Shown here piece after piece: positions 10,269 through 21,078 of a stretch of 64,000 nt of DNA (position 1 is its first letter; every line of letters starts with the position of its first letter). Origin of the DNA: a virus (taxonomy: Duplodnaviria > Caudoviricetes); IMG/VR virus record IMGVR_UViG_3300037247_001786, positions 128,001-192,000 of that record; one strand, 5' to 3'. The translations under genes and the position numbers were made by a program. The notes below the pieces were generated by a model, which searched no databases, was not told where the DNA came from, and saw only the letters and a program-made list of their open reading frames with translations.

Positions 10269-11151
10269 TGAAGTGAAAAAAGTTTTTGAAGACGGTGGAT
10301 GTGAGTTATTATCTAGTGAATATAAAAACAATTTTACTAAAATGAGATACAGGTGTTCTTGTGGAAATGTTTCAGATATCTCATTAACTCATTTTAAAAA
10401 AGGTAGAAGATGCAGGGAATGTGGATATAAAAAATCAAGCTTAACTCATACATATACCCATAAAGAAGTTAAGAAGATATTTGTGAAGAATAACTGTGAA
10501 TTGTTAAGTGGGGAATATGGGGGGCATAATTCGAAGCTAGAATATAAATGCGTTTGTGGGAATATCTCTAAAATAACATTAACTAATTTCAATAGGGGTC
10601 ACAGATGTAAGAAATGCTGGTATGAAAAAATAGCGAAGAACCTGAGTTTTTCATATAATCAGGTTAAAAAAATATTTAAGGATGGAGGAGGGGAATTATT
10701 AAGTAAAAAATATAAAAATGCTAATAGTTATTTAAAATATAGATGTAGTTGTGGCAATATTTCTAAAATAACTTTAGCTCATTTTTCTCAAGGTCAAAGA
10801 TGTAAAAAATGCGGGATAGAAAAAATATCAGGAAAAAACAATTATAATTGGAATTTCGATTTAACAGTAGAAGAGAGAGATATAAAAAGGGATTATGCAG
10901 AATATAAGAATTGGAGGAAGAAGGTCTACGCAAGAGATGGATATGTCTGTCAAAGATGTTTTAAAAAAGGTAATTATTTAAACGCACATCATATATTAAA
11001 TTATTCTACTTATAAAGATTTAAGACTAGTAACTGCTAATGGTATAACTTTATGCAGAGGGTGTCATATATGGTTCCACAAAAAATATGGGAAAAAAGAT
11101 AATAACGCAAAACAATTAGATGAATTTCTTAAAAAATTGATAGTATTATGA
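10249..11151 (+). CDS. HNH homing-type endonuclease with three tandem zinc-binding repeats (300 aa)
   Basis: ATG at 10249 with GAGGA SD preferred over the track's TTG at 10213. Three ~63-aa repeats (EVKKxF..CELLS.EY..Y.CxCGN.S.I.L..F..G.RCxxC) and a C-terminal HNH (RDGYVCQRC..AHHI..NGITLCRGCH). Confidence 0.85.
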   Translation: MKKLIYNEVKKVFEDGGCELLSSEYKNNFTKMRYRCSCGNVSDISLTHFKKGRRCRECGYKKSSLTHTYTHKEVKKIFVKNNCELLSGEYGGHNSKLEYKCVCGNISKITLTNFNRGHRCKKCWYEKIAKNLSFSYNQVKKIFKDGGGELLSKKYKNANSYLKYRCSCGNISKITLAHFSQGQRCKKCGIEKISGKNNYNWNFDLTVEERDIKRDYAEYKNWRKKVYARDGYVCQRCFKKGNYLNAHHILNYSTYKDLRLVTANGITLCRGCHIWFHKKYGKKDNNAKQLDEFLKKLIVL

Positions 11152-12251
11152 AAAAAATAGAAATAGAATATTGTTGTTTTTTAAATTCCAGCGGATATAG
11201 TGCTGCCGCCCAAGATTATATTTTAGCATTACATAACAGCGGTAGATACAATATTAAGATACATGCTTTTGGTGGTAAACCAGCGAGACCAGCTATTAGC
11301 GACGAAAGATATTCTATATTTTCAAAAATGATAAAGAAAAAATCTAATGCAGACGCTATACAAATACTACATTGTATCCCAACTTTGCAAAAAAATATTA
11401 AAAAGAAAAAAGAGAAAAACATAGCATTTTCAACTTTCGAGACGTTTGCTCCTCCAGATAATTGGATTTCAATATTGAATAAAAACAATGCGATGATAGC
11501 TCCTTCATTTTTTAATTATAAAATTTTTGCTCACTCAAAGATAAATAAGCCTATATTTCATATCCCTCATTGTATAGATTTTAATACTTTCAACAATAAT
11601 GTGTCTCCTATCAGAAAATACGATAAATTTACTTTTTTATTTTTTGGGGCCTGGAAGAAAAGGAAGGGATACGAAGCACTATTAGAGGCTTGGTTTAGAG
11701 AATTTAAAGAGTCTGACGGGGTCCAACTTGTTATAAAAACGGACAAAAACAGACAAGCCTCAGCGTATATCGAAAAAATAAAGAAAGAGATCGGAATAAC
11801 TAAAGGATTTGCCCCTATTTTAATTGAAAATAAAATATTCAGTGAAGCAGAGATGCCCCACTTTTTAAAGTCATTTAATTGTTTAATACTTCCAACGATG
11901 GGAGAAGGGTTTAACCTTCCAGGATTACAATGTATGAGTTTGGGGGTTCCAGTTATAATTACGGACTTTTCTGGGTGTCAGGATTATGCGGATATAGAAA
12001 CAGCGACAATGATAGATCCAAAAGGTTTTATTTTGAAGAAGAATATGGATGGTATTCCTCAATTTAGAAATAAAAAATGGGCTTTTGTCTCCGTAAATGA
12101 TATAATAATAAAAATGAAATATGCGGTTGAGAATCAAACAGAAATAAAAAAGAAAGCAGATAATGCTTATGATATAGTAAGAAGTAAATTTACTTATCAA
12201 AAAACAGAAGAGTTATTTAGGGAAATGATAGGAACTCTGTATGACATATAA
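11148..12251 (+). CDS. Glycosyltransferase, GT-B fold (GT4-like)
   Basis: FGAWKKRKGYEALLEAW, LILPTMGEGFNLPGLQCMSLGVPVI (ExF.L...E-type motif); ATGA overlap with the HNH gene. Confidence 0.88.
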   Translation: MKKIEIEYCCFLNSSGYSAAAQDYILALHNSGRYNIKIHAFGGKPARPAISDERYSIFSKMIKKKSNADAIQILHCIPTLQKNIKKKKEKNIAFSTFETFAPPDNWISILNKNNAMIAPSFFNYKIFAHSKINKPIFHIPHCIDFNTFNNNVSPIRKYDKFTFLFFGAWKKRKGYEALLEAWFREFKESDGVQLVIKTDKNRQASAYIEKIKKEIGITKGFAPILIENKIFSEAEMPHFLKSFNCLILPTMGEGFNLPGLQCMSLGVPVIITDFSGCQDYADIETATMIDPKGFILKKNMDGIPQFRNKKWAFVSVNDIIIKMKYAVENQTEIKKKADNAYDIVRSKFTYQKTEELFREMIGTLYDI

Positions 12252-15200
12252 AGCACAAATTAATCCTCAATTAGGACAATCTTTTAACAACGTCACTTTA
12301 CTCTTAACATCTGACAAGAAGGTAGATGCAAATGTTAAAGTAGAAAATGGTACGCACCTTTCAACTGTAGATGAATTTAAGATTAATGCTAATGAGGTAT
12401 CCATTGAAAGGCATATTGATTTAAATATCCCTGAACATTCTTCCGATTCTATGATATCTATATTTATCAGTATAGAAGAAAAAAATGACGATAGAGAGTT
12501 TGAATTAGTTCAAGTTATCCCTATAGTATATTGTATCGATGAGAAAGTTTTATCTGAAACAGATAGCTTATTTAATATCTCCCCTTCTTTTGCAGGACAA
12601 GATGATACTTGTAAAGTATCCGTTAAAGGAAAGACGGAAGATAGATATATTATCTCTATAAATGATAAAAGATTTAACGTTATAATAGGACCTTCGGGAA
12701 TAGGAACAATACATTTTAAATCAAAAGATGTATTAGGTTTAGATTTTGAGAATATTGTTCATAAGTTTCCTATGTATTATTATTCTTCGAGCGACAACTA
12801 TACAATAAAGTATTTTAGTGGAAATTATATTCATATTATTCCAAATGATATCAAAGCCGCTGTAGATGAAGATCCGAGATGTTTAGATTACGACCCTCTT
12901 ACGTGGACAGCAGCAGATCAATGTTTTACTAATATATCAAACTCTCCTGCTACGCCACTGTCGATTGAAATACCTAACCACGAAATACCCTCAACCTCAT
13001 GCGATTACGACGACTGTGATAGCACCTGTGCTTGTGAGAGCGTAACATCAGCTCTTGACGATGATGCATGTAGGATACATAAATTTTCAACTACCTTACT
13101 TTCTAATGGAATGGCTTTAAATTCTTATATTAGCGTTGATGATTCTATTGGATTAGGGGAAGACGAGTTTAACATACAGAGAATATTTATTAAGTCTGAT
13201 ACAACTTCTGTTGAGGCTCAGTTAATAGGTGCTCAAAATGTAGCTGTTTTGCCTAAAGAAGCCGATGAAAATTTTACTATCTTTATCGGGGAAAGTATTT
13301 ATAACAGGATAGTTGAATTAGAGGCAAACGGAAAAAGTGTTTTTGTAGTATTTATGGATGAAGATATACAGTATCAGGGCTTTCCTCTTATAGAGGTTCA
13401 GGATACAGATGAATATCTTGCATATTTTCCAGCGATAGTTGATAGGGACATAAGTAACGTTTCTATTAGTGAGCTAAAGCCATGCGTTTACGCAGTTTTT
13501 TATGAGTTTGATGGGGCAACGGTTGTCCCTAGTGTTATTATCCCTTCTGATATTCAAAAATTACCGTTTATAAATGTATTAGGTGAGCCAGTTACGGCAA
13601 CTAATATTTCTATATCATCTAATAGCGATTATAGAGGTACAGACGGCGAAAGTATTGTTCATGTTGTAGCTGAAGCGTATGTTTCTGGAAAGATTCAATT
13701 GTTTTATTATGGTTTTAGTGTTGGTCCGTCAGTATATACTTCTACTAATTCAGATAGTTGGACAATGTTAACCAGTACAGAAAATAATAAAAATGCAAAA
13801 ACTGTTACTGATAAATATAATAATTTACATATATTTTGGGAAAGTGATAGGACTGGATTATCTCAAATCTACTATGGAGTATTAGGACCTTCATCAGTTT
13901 TCTATTCAAATTCTGTTCTTTCTTCTATTATAGATAAAAAAGCTGAACTTAATAGAAAAGAAGATAAGCCTTTTGGATATTTACATCAAGATATTATCGA
14001 ATCAACTGGAGAAACGCTTTCAAGAGTTGTTGACGATGCTATATTCGAGTCCAATGGTGATATAATCTACCCTAACAAAGGAATACTAAGTACGGCTTGG
14101 GTTAAGAATGAGACCAATGATGGAGAAGTCTCGGTGACGGACTTTAATGACGTTGCTAATATTTCTATTACCGCTTCATCTCTTTCTGATACAGCAGTGG
14201 CTTTTACGTCTTTAAATAGGGATAATTTTTTAGATTTATCTTCAGGGCTTTTGTCGCAGATTAATTATCAAGTTTCTTTTGATTTTGATGGAGACCTGGG
14301 GCAGGACGCTAGCAGTAGTTTAGTATTGTTAGACCAAGATGATATAGACGATTTGTATAGCTCATTTAAGTCTCAGTTCACAGAAACAACTGATAGTGAT
14401 ATAGTTAATAATCTTCCATTTTATGTTTCCGGGAGTAACAGATTTACTATTGGAAAAGAAGAATCTATATATGATAGATTTATTCCTATGATGGGAGCAT
14501 ACAAGAATACTGATTTAGAGAATTATGTCGAGGGACAAACAACTTCAACTGATTTTGAGATAATCGCTTCAGGGTCTGATAGAACTTTAAATCATTTCTT
14601 TATAGCTGTAATTCCAGAAAAAATAAGATTTAAGGCAACGAATATAGAAGACTCAGATACATTTCAAAATCGAGTGGGAGAAAGCGTCACTTATGTGTTG
14701 GAAGAAATTCAAGAATATTATACTGGAAGAGCTTCGTTAGCAGTAATATACACAAATGATAATTATTTATTTGATTATGAACTTTCTAACACTATTGTAA
14801 GAAACATTTCTAAGCCATTTATTTTGTCAGAAACAACGCAAATGGAAATTTTAGTTAATTATTCTAAAATGTTTGGAGAAGATTCTACAAAATATCTTAA
14901 TGTTCCAGCAGCCTTATCTTCTGATTATCCAAGATTCGTTTGTAGTTTATCTGTAATTGTAGATCAAAATCCTGAATTCTCAGAATCATTTATTGTAGAT
15001 TTATCAGATCAATATAGATCTTTTGATATCGGTTTAGGGGTAACGTCTAAGGGAAGTTTTAAGGCAGACGTTTTCTATCCATACAATTCAAGTGTTTTCG
15101 AGAATACTGTTGTTCAGTTTAATTATTCCAATGTTGTTATTAGCTCTCCAACATATCAAGTTAATTCTTCTATAGGATCTATTCCTTCTTATGCTAGAGA

Positions 15201-17526
15201 GCAGTCTGATTTTTCTACATACGATTTTTATGGAAATACAGAAGACATTATTGAGAACTTTTTTGATAATTATGATTTCTTATTTGACGATATTATTTTA
15301 GACCCTAGTACAGGAGAGGTTATATCTGGTTACTCTGCGGAGGCAGTTGACCCTAGCACAGGAGATGGATTTGATATTTCTACACAGTCGAAATTTGCTC
15401 TTAATGAATTTATGCAATTACCTCTTACTCTAGAAGGGGTTAATAGTAATTTATCTATAAGTTTAGATTTTATAAATGATATTCATTTGTCTTGGCAGTC
15501 TAATAGAGATAGGAATTGGAATATTTTTTATTCGAATTCTACTGACAAAAAAATACCTTTTAGGTATGATACTAGAATAACTGATACTAACAGTAACAGC
15601 TTGAGTCCCGATGTAGCTACCGCTCAGGACGGAAAGAGAATGATAGTATGGCACGACAATAGGAACGAAATATTCCAAGTACTGTCGGCTCGTGCTCTCG
15701 AAAGTTCTGTTTCCGCTGATGAGGTATGCGAAAGAACAGGAAGACTACTTTATACTGACGAGACTGAAGCAGACACAGTTACCTCCGTCATTAATTTTTC
15801 TCAATCTAATGATGACATTTCTACGGGCGATCAAAATCTTCATTTTAGAGTCACTTTTTATGCCGACGCTGCTAAAGAGAGAGTAGTTTATTCTTCTTTC
15901 TCTCTAATAGATAATAAGAGATGGTACGTTAAGGGATCAACATATGGCTCTCTTCCAGAAAGCGGACTAGTTTTGCCAGACGATACATCTGTAGAGATAT
16001 TTTATGTGCCTGATATTTATCCTCAACAACTATTTAATCAGCAAACAGCTATCTCTCTTACGGGATCAGTAGAGGAGGTTTCATTATTAAGTGGTGTAAA
16101 ATATTATGTTGACATCGAATCGTATGATATAGATACTATTGAGACTACATTGATATCAACGGTTGAATTTAGATTTAATGCTTCAGATGTAGAGACTAAT
16201 TTTTGGAGAGAGGATCTCGACAAGAAGAGGTGGATATGTAGCGGACAAGGACAGGATGACTTAGTTGTTGTTGATAGGGGAGAACAATCTCTATTCCCAA
16301 GTATAGCGTCTAACATGTTTGAATATTTTTATATAGTTTGTCAAAGTTCAAAAGATGGAGTTGATACTATCGTAAATTCGTTCTGGGATACTTCTCTTGA
16401 TATGCTTTATAGTTCTGGTCAAGGTTTATGGGAAACAGAGGGTCCTTTCTCAGGACAACAACCTCATGTTATTATGGATCAAGGACAGAGTTTTTATATT
16501 GTAAGTTCAGATGACGATAATATATATTCTTCAAAATGTAGATTGCCATTTACATCGGGAGAGATAGTTTCTGACCCTTCTGCTGGTACTGCGGTTGAAA
16601 ATCTTTGCAAACCAGGAACACTAACCTCGCTAGATAGCTCATTTGGCGATTTTGTAGTTAGGGTTTCTAGTGAAGATACAGTGGGATCATTCGTAACAAA
16701 TAAAGACGACATTGTTTCAGTTATAGACAAGACGGCTATAAATATAGATATAGCTGGCGTCTATGGAGCTTATGCAGTTAGGATTAGAAATCAAAATGGT
16801 TCATGGAGTAGTTGGATAGATATTAATAATCAAGAATTTATTGAAAATGGTAGGTTTGTTGTTCCATGGTCTATTCCTAGAATTAATGGACTTCGACATC
16901 TCTGTTGTCAAGTTCTAACTATTTACGGAGTGACTCCTATTAATTGTATAGATATTTTTGTTAATATGCAGATAGTAGATTACGTTGTAGAATATTTTGA
17001 AGATATAGCGAGGACAAATGAGGTTACAGTTCTCGATGGATTTTCTTTATTAGCCACGAAAGGAGAGGATTCTGCTGAGATATATATAAGAGTTATCTTT
17101 AGTGAGCCTCAAGCGTATACAAGTTTAAAATTTGACGTTATCCATCAGGGTATATCTACTATATTTGATAAAGAATTGTTACCAGAAGGATCTCTTCCTA
17201 CTTTAAATTATCTTGGTAGTTTTACGATAAGAAAAGAAGATGGAATTTACGATAAAGACGGAACAGGTTTCTTAAAAGTTAAATTTAGAGATGAGTCTTC
17301 TAGTACTGATGAATGCGTATCAGATAAAAGAGATTTATATAATCAGATGCTAATTACTAGCGAATTGGAATTTTTAGATACCGTATCTCTTGACCCAGCA
17401 GACGCTTTTCAAGAATATTTAACAGGAACGGTTTCAAAAGTATTAGATATTAATGAATTTAAACAATATTATGATCAAGATGACCCAGACTCCTTATTCG
17501 GGGATGCTGGATTTTATAGGAATTAA
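12241..17526 (+). CDS. Giant putative virion protein (1761 aa) with an interrupted beta-propeller
   Basis: Blades WESDRTGLSQIYYG, WQSNRDRNWNIFYS, WHDNRNEIFQV; Cys-rich patch; one copy of a ~90-aa domain shared with 24230..29989; no signal peptide. Confidence 0.6.
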   Translation: MTYKAQINPQLGQSFNNVTLLLTSDKKVDANVKVENGTHLSTVDEFKINANEVSIERHIDLNIPEHSSDSMISIFISIEEKNDDREFELVQVIPIVYCIDEKVLSETDSLFNISPSFAGQDDTCKVSVKGKTEDRYIISINDKRFNVIIGPSGIGTIHFKSKDVLGLDFENIVHKFPMYYYSSSDNYTIKYFSGNYIHIIPNDIKAAVDEDPRCLDYDPLTWTAADQCFTNISNSPATPLSIEIPNHEIPSTSCDYDDCDSTCACESVTSALDDDACRIHKFSTTLLSNGMALNSYISVDDSIGLGEDEFNIQRIFIKSDTTSVEAQLIGAQNVAVLPKEADENFTIFIGESIYNRIVELEANGKSVFVVFMDEDIQYQGFPLIEVQDTDEYLAYFPAIVDRDISNVSISELKPCVYAVFYEFDGATVVPSVIIPSDIQKLPFINVLGEPVTATNISISSNSDYRGTDGESIVHVVAEAYVSGKIQLFYYGFSVGPSVYTSTNSDSWTMLTSTENNKNAKTVTDKYNNLHIFWESDRTGLSQIYYGVLGPSSVFYSNSVLSSIIDKKAELNRKEDKPFGYLHQDIIESTGETLSRVVDDAIFESNGDIIYPNKGILSTAWVKNETNDGEVSVTDFNDVANISITASSLSDTAVAFTSLNRDNFLDLSSGLLSQINYQVSFDFDGDLGQDASSSLVLLDQDDIDDLYSSFKSQFTETTDSDIVNNLPFYVSGSNRFTIGKEESIYDRFIPMMGAYKNTDLENYVEGQTTSTDFEIIASGSDRTLNHFFIAVIPEKIRFKATNIEDSDTFQNRVGESVTYVLEEIQEYYTGRASLAVIYTNDNYLFDYELSNTIVRNISKPFILSETTQMEILVNYSKMFGEDSTKYLNVPAALSSDYPRFVCSLSVIVDQNPEFSESFIVDLSDQYRSFDIGLGVTSKGSFKADVFYPYNSSVFENTVVQFNYSNVVISSPTYQVNSSIGSIPSYAREQSDFSTYDFYGNTEDIIENFFDNYDFLFDDIILDPSTGEVISGYSAEAVDPSTGDGFDISTQSKFALNEFMQLPLTLEGVNSNLSISLDFINDIHLSWQSNRDRNWNIFYSNSTDKKIPFRYDTRITDTNSNSLSPDVATAQDGKRMIVWHDNRNEIFQVLSARALESSVSADEVCERTGRLLYTDETEADTVTSVINFSQSNDDISTGDQNLHFRVTFYADAAKERVVYSSFSLIDNKRWYVKGSTYGSLPESGLVLPDDTSVEIFYVPDIYPQQLFNQQTAISLTGSVEEVSLLSGVKYYVDIESYDIDTIETTLISTVEFRFNASDVETNFWREDLDKKRWICSGQGQDDLVVVDRGEQSLFPSIASNMFEYFYIVCQSSKDGVDTIVNSFWDTSLDMLYSSGQGLWETEGPFSGQQPHVIMDQGQSFYIVSSDDDNIYSSKCRLPFTSGEIVSDPSAGTAVENLCKPGTLTSLDSSFGDFVVRVSSEDTVGSFVTNKDDIVSVIDKTAINIDIAGVYGAYAVRIRNQNGSWSSWIDINNQEFIENGRFVVPWSIPRINGLRHLCCQVLTIYGVTPINCIDIFVNMQIVDYVVEYFEDIARTNEVTVLDGFSLLATKGEDSAEIYIRVIFSEPQAYTSLKFDVIHQGISTIFDKELLPEGSLPTLNYLGSFTIRKEDGIYDKDGTGFLKVKFRDESSSTDECVSDKRDLYNQMLITSELEFLDTVSLDPADAFQEYLTGTVSKVLDINEFKQYYDQDDPDSLFGDAGFYRN

Positions 17527-17528
17527 TT

Positions 17529-19388
17529 ATGTCAATAATAGATAATCCAAGCATTGATGAGCATAGCTCTCCTACTTTAATATATCCAGTGGGGGGAGAG
17601 GTTTTATCTCATGAAACAATTCAAATATTATGGGAGGAGCCTTTTCTTTTAGCACAAGGTGATAATAACCTAATGTATTGGTACGAGATTTTTTACTCTA
17701 TCGATTCCATAATAGAAGATGATAGATCCTGGCATAAAATAGCTGACATCCCTTCTGGCAATTCTATTTTTAATTGGAAGATACCTCATCAAATAAGAAA
17801 TGATAATTGCAGGGTTGGGATAAGAACAGTTGATAGCGAGGGGGGTAGAACTCCTATAATTATGTCTTCGAGTACTTTTTCTGTAAAGAATAGAAGCCTT
17901 CCGTCTCCAGCGATATTCTCTCCTATAGAGGGAGATAAATTTTTTACATATATCCCTGTAACATTTGATCAAAATGGTCTTGCAGGGCAATTCCCAAAAA
18001 GGGCTCACTATAGGATATCGTACAGCTCTAGTGATATTGAAACAGATTGGATTTGTATTGGAGATGATATCCCGATAACGACCTCTGTAACATATATAGA
18101 TGTTAGCGACTTAGTTTCTTCTAATGATTATTCATTTAAATTCGAATTAATAGATGGCGAAAACTCTTCAGACCCAGTTTTTGTAAATAACATAACTATT
18201 AATAATTTAGATTTCTTTAAAATTGACACAGTCCCCCCATCAGGAACAATTTCTGTAAGGAATAATGCGGAATATATTAACAACAGAGACATTATATTAG
18301 AGTTAACATCTTATGATAAAACATCTGGCACTAAATCATTTAGAATAATACAAAAAGAAATAGACAATAGCGAATTGGCTGATACCTCAAGCCCTTTGTA
18401 TCCCATATCCGACATAGCTAGTTGGAGAGTTGTTAATCCTGACGGGATAAAACTTATACAATCTTCTTTCGTTGACCATGCTGGAAATGTTTTAGAGGCG
18501 TCTGATAGCGATTTCTTTTTTAGAACATATAAGTCTATTGATAACAGAGAAATAACTTCTATATTAGTTAATAAAAATGGAGCTGATTATGATATATGGA
18601 TAGCGGTTGGAGGTACAGATCCTGAGTTATTTTTAAATGGATCGACGGTAGTCGGAGCTGAATCTGTGGGAACTCTTAGTTATCTTCCAGCCAATATTTC
18701 AGGAAGCAGTCTTGATTATGAACAAAGATATAACGTTGAAGATCTAGGCAATATAGACGTAACATTTGAAGCTTTTACAGTCAAAGATAGACTCGTAATA
18801 GAGGGAGGAGGAAGTGTCTTAAAGGATACAGGTCTTATCTCCGGATCCGAGTCTTTTAATCTTTCAGTCGCTGGAATAACTGAGATAATAGTTAAAGTAA
18901 CTTCCAATTCTGCTGGAACAGGTTGGATATATACTATAGATAGTAAAAATGAATATGAGTTAACTAGTGATTTTTACGATACCGCTGCGAGCCAAGATAA
19001 TCCGGCAGGAGAAGTTTTATCTATGGCTATGTATAATGAAGTTTTGTATCTTGGAGTAAAAACTAAAGATGCTCATGGGCTATTACAAAGATATACAGGT
19101 AGTCATGTAGAATCTGTTTACGAGATACCTACTTTAGATTCAGTTATTAATTCTATGGTAGTCTTCGATAATAGACTTTTTATTGCATGTGAAAATGGAG
19201 AATTATATAGCTTTAATGGAACAACTGTTCAAATAGAAAATGATGGAGATGCATTTGAGTCTGGATTACATAAAATAGGAACAGATGGAAATTTATTGTA
19301 TATATTTTTAAGTAATTCTAACGATATATATACAGCATATAAGGACTCTGTTGGGGAGTTAGTTTATATTAAAACAACTTTAGGATAA
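17529..19388 (+). CDS. Putative virion protein with FN3/Ig-like domains and propeller blades (619 aa)
   Basis: PTLIYPVGGEVL..ILWEEP; DTVPPSGTISV..DHAGNV; blades VLSMAMYNEVLYLG, INSMVVFDNRLFIA. Confidence 0.6.
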   Translation: MSIIDNPSIDEHSSPTLIYPVGGEVLSHETIQILWEEPFLLAQGDNNLMYWYEIFYSIDSIIEDDRSWHKIADIPSGNSIFNWKIPHQIRNDNCRVGIRTVDSEGGRTPIIMSSSTFSVKNRSLPSPAIFSPIEGDKFFTYIPVTFDQNGLAGQFPKRAHYRISYSSSDIETDWICIGDDIPITTSVTYIDVSDLVSSNDYSFKFELIDGENSSDPVFVNNITINNLDFFKIDTVPPSGTISVRNNAEYINNRDIILELTSYDKTSGTKSFRIIQKEIDNSELADTSSPLYPISDIASWRVVNPDGIKLIQSSFVDHAGNVLEASDSDFFFRTYKSIDNREITSILVNKNGADYDIWIAVGGTDPELFLNGSTVVGAESVGTLSYLPANISGSSLDYEQRYNVEDLGNIDVTFEAFTVKDRLVIEGGGSVLKDTGLISGSESFNLSVAGITEIIVKVTSNSAGTGWIYTIDSKNEYELTSDFYDTAASQDNPAGEVLSMAMYNEVLYLGVKTKDAHGLLQRYTGSHVESVYEIPTLDSVINSMVVFDNRLFIACENGELYSFNGTTVQIENDGDAFESGLHKIGTDGNLLYIFLSNSNDIYTAYKDSVGELVYIKTTLG

Positions 19389-19397
19389 TGAATTAAT

Positions 19398-21077
19398 ATG
19401 AGTAGTTATTTAAAATTAGATACCAGTTTAGATTCGTACATTTCTTTTGCCGACGCAGTTTTTCCTGCTGTCGGAACGGATAGTGCTTCTTTTGCTATCT
19501 GGTGTAAACTTAATAGTAAGTCAACCTCAATGACTTTATTTCATAAGCATGATGGAGCAACAGGATATAAAGCTATTTTTAATGAAGAAGTTAATGGCGA
19601 TTTATCACTAGAGTTTATAGTTGATGGGGCTACCACTAAAACGTCGAGAATAGAAAATATTCCAACTAAACTAGATGAATGGCAATTATTTGTCTTTTTA
19701 ATTGACAGAACTGGTAATCAGAGTATCTATATTGACGCGGTATTGCATGCTGATACATATACCATTGGAACATCTCCGTCTGGGACAGTTGATAATGCAT
19801 CTGATTTTTATGTAGGAGTTGATCTTTTAAATCCATCAGTTTCTTCATCAGGTAGTATAGATATAGATGGTTTTGCTTTTTATAATGGGTATCTTTTAAC
19901 TCAATCTAATATTAGAGATATATACAATCGAGGGATGGGAGTTAAACTGGAGCAAACAACTCCTAATCTTACTTTCGGATTAAATATAGACGAGGGAACT
20001 GGAACATCATTAACCGATATCGTCGCTTCTGTATTAGGGGCTATTAATACTAACGATAGTTCATTAATATGGGATGTATCAGGTGTTGACGTTATGAGTC
20101 CGTCTCATATTAAGCTTTATTTAACTAGTCTTGAACCAGACTTGGCTCAAACTAATTACTCTCAATCTATAGGAGGATATATTAGTCAGTCTCTTTTATA
20201 TCCAGAGACAACTCTTGCTTCATCAGTTGGGTTATACCAAACAAGTGCCACTCTCGTTTCTGCGACAGGATTGTTGGGGTCAACAGATATCGCATTGAGA
20301 ACGGAGATAGCAAAGGTAGAGGCAATAACAGGGACAACCGTTACAATCGTAGAGAGAGGGATAAATGGGTCAATCGGTTATTATCCGTCAGGGACAGTCG
20401 TACAGGGACTTACTCTTCTTTTTAATGATTCCTTTAACACTGGTAGAAAACAATATAGATGTTATGCTATAAAAAATATATCGACTTCCGAAACGGCATA
20501 TGATCTTTCAATATATTTAAAACAATTGAGTAGAAATTCTGGAACAACTATAAAATTAGCGTTAGAGTATCCTAGAAGTCAGGAGATTACAGGGGCTTCT
20601 ACTAGTTGGACATCTTCGATGTTGGTAGATAGTTCTATTGCGGGGGTCTATGAAGATAATTTATTCACAGATTCTTATATGACTTTTGAAGATTCTCCTA
20701 ACTCTGGAGAGAGAAGAAGAATAAATAGTTACGATGGAGACACAGGTACATTTGTTTTTGCTGATTCATTGCCAATAGATTTTGATGTGTTAGTTCATAA
20801 TGCTATTATAAATTATACTGTCGATGCTTCACCGGCACAGAGGGTTAAGTCGGGTATTGATGCTCCTATAGATAGTGATTACATTTCAGAATTTTCAACG
20901 GTTATAGATAGGGGCAATGCGATAGAGCTTATTAATTTAGATACTATTGGGTCTTTTCTTCCAGGAGATATTATTTATGTTTGGGTAGAGAGGGAAATAG
21001 GGAAATCTAACAGTTCCTATGTTGACAATAGTTTTGTTTTGAGTATAGATTTTAATAGAGATTTGGGGGGTAATTAA
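19398..21077 (+). CDS. LamG/concanavalin-like domain virion protein (559 aa)
   Basis: SFAIWCK..LFHK..EWQLFVFLIDRTGNQSIYIDAV..FYVG..GSIDIDGFAFYNGYLLTQSNIRDIYN is a LamG-3 pattern; second domain begins near M233. Confidence 0.75.
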   Translation: MSSYLKLDTSLDSYISFADAVFPAVGTDSASFAIWCKLNSKSTSMTLFHKHDGATGYKAIFNEEVNGDLSLEFIVDGATTKTSRIENIPTKLDEWQLFVFLIDRTGNQSIYIDAVLHADTYTIGTSPSGTVDNASDFYVGVDLLNPSVSSSGSIDIDGFAFYNGYLLTQSNIRDIYNRGMGVKLEQTTPNLTFGLNIDEGTGTSLTDIVASVLGAINTNDSSLIWDVSGVDVMSPSHIKLYLTSLEPDLAQTNYSQSIGGYISQSLLYPETTLASSVGLYQTSATLVSATGLLGSTDIALRTEIAKVEAITGTTVTIVERGINGSIGYYPSGTVVQGLTLLFNDSFNTGRKQYRCYAIKNISTSETAYDLSIYLKQLSRNSGTTIKLALEYPRSQEITGASTSWTSSMLVDSSIAGVYEDNLFTDSYMTFEDSPNSGERRRINSYDGDTGTFVFADSLPIDFDVLVHNAIINYTVDASPAQRVKSGIDAPIDSDYISEFSTVIDRGNAIELINLDTIGSFLPGDIIYVWVEREIGKSNSSYVDNSFVLSIDFNRDLGGN

Positions 21078-21078
21078 T

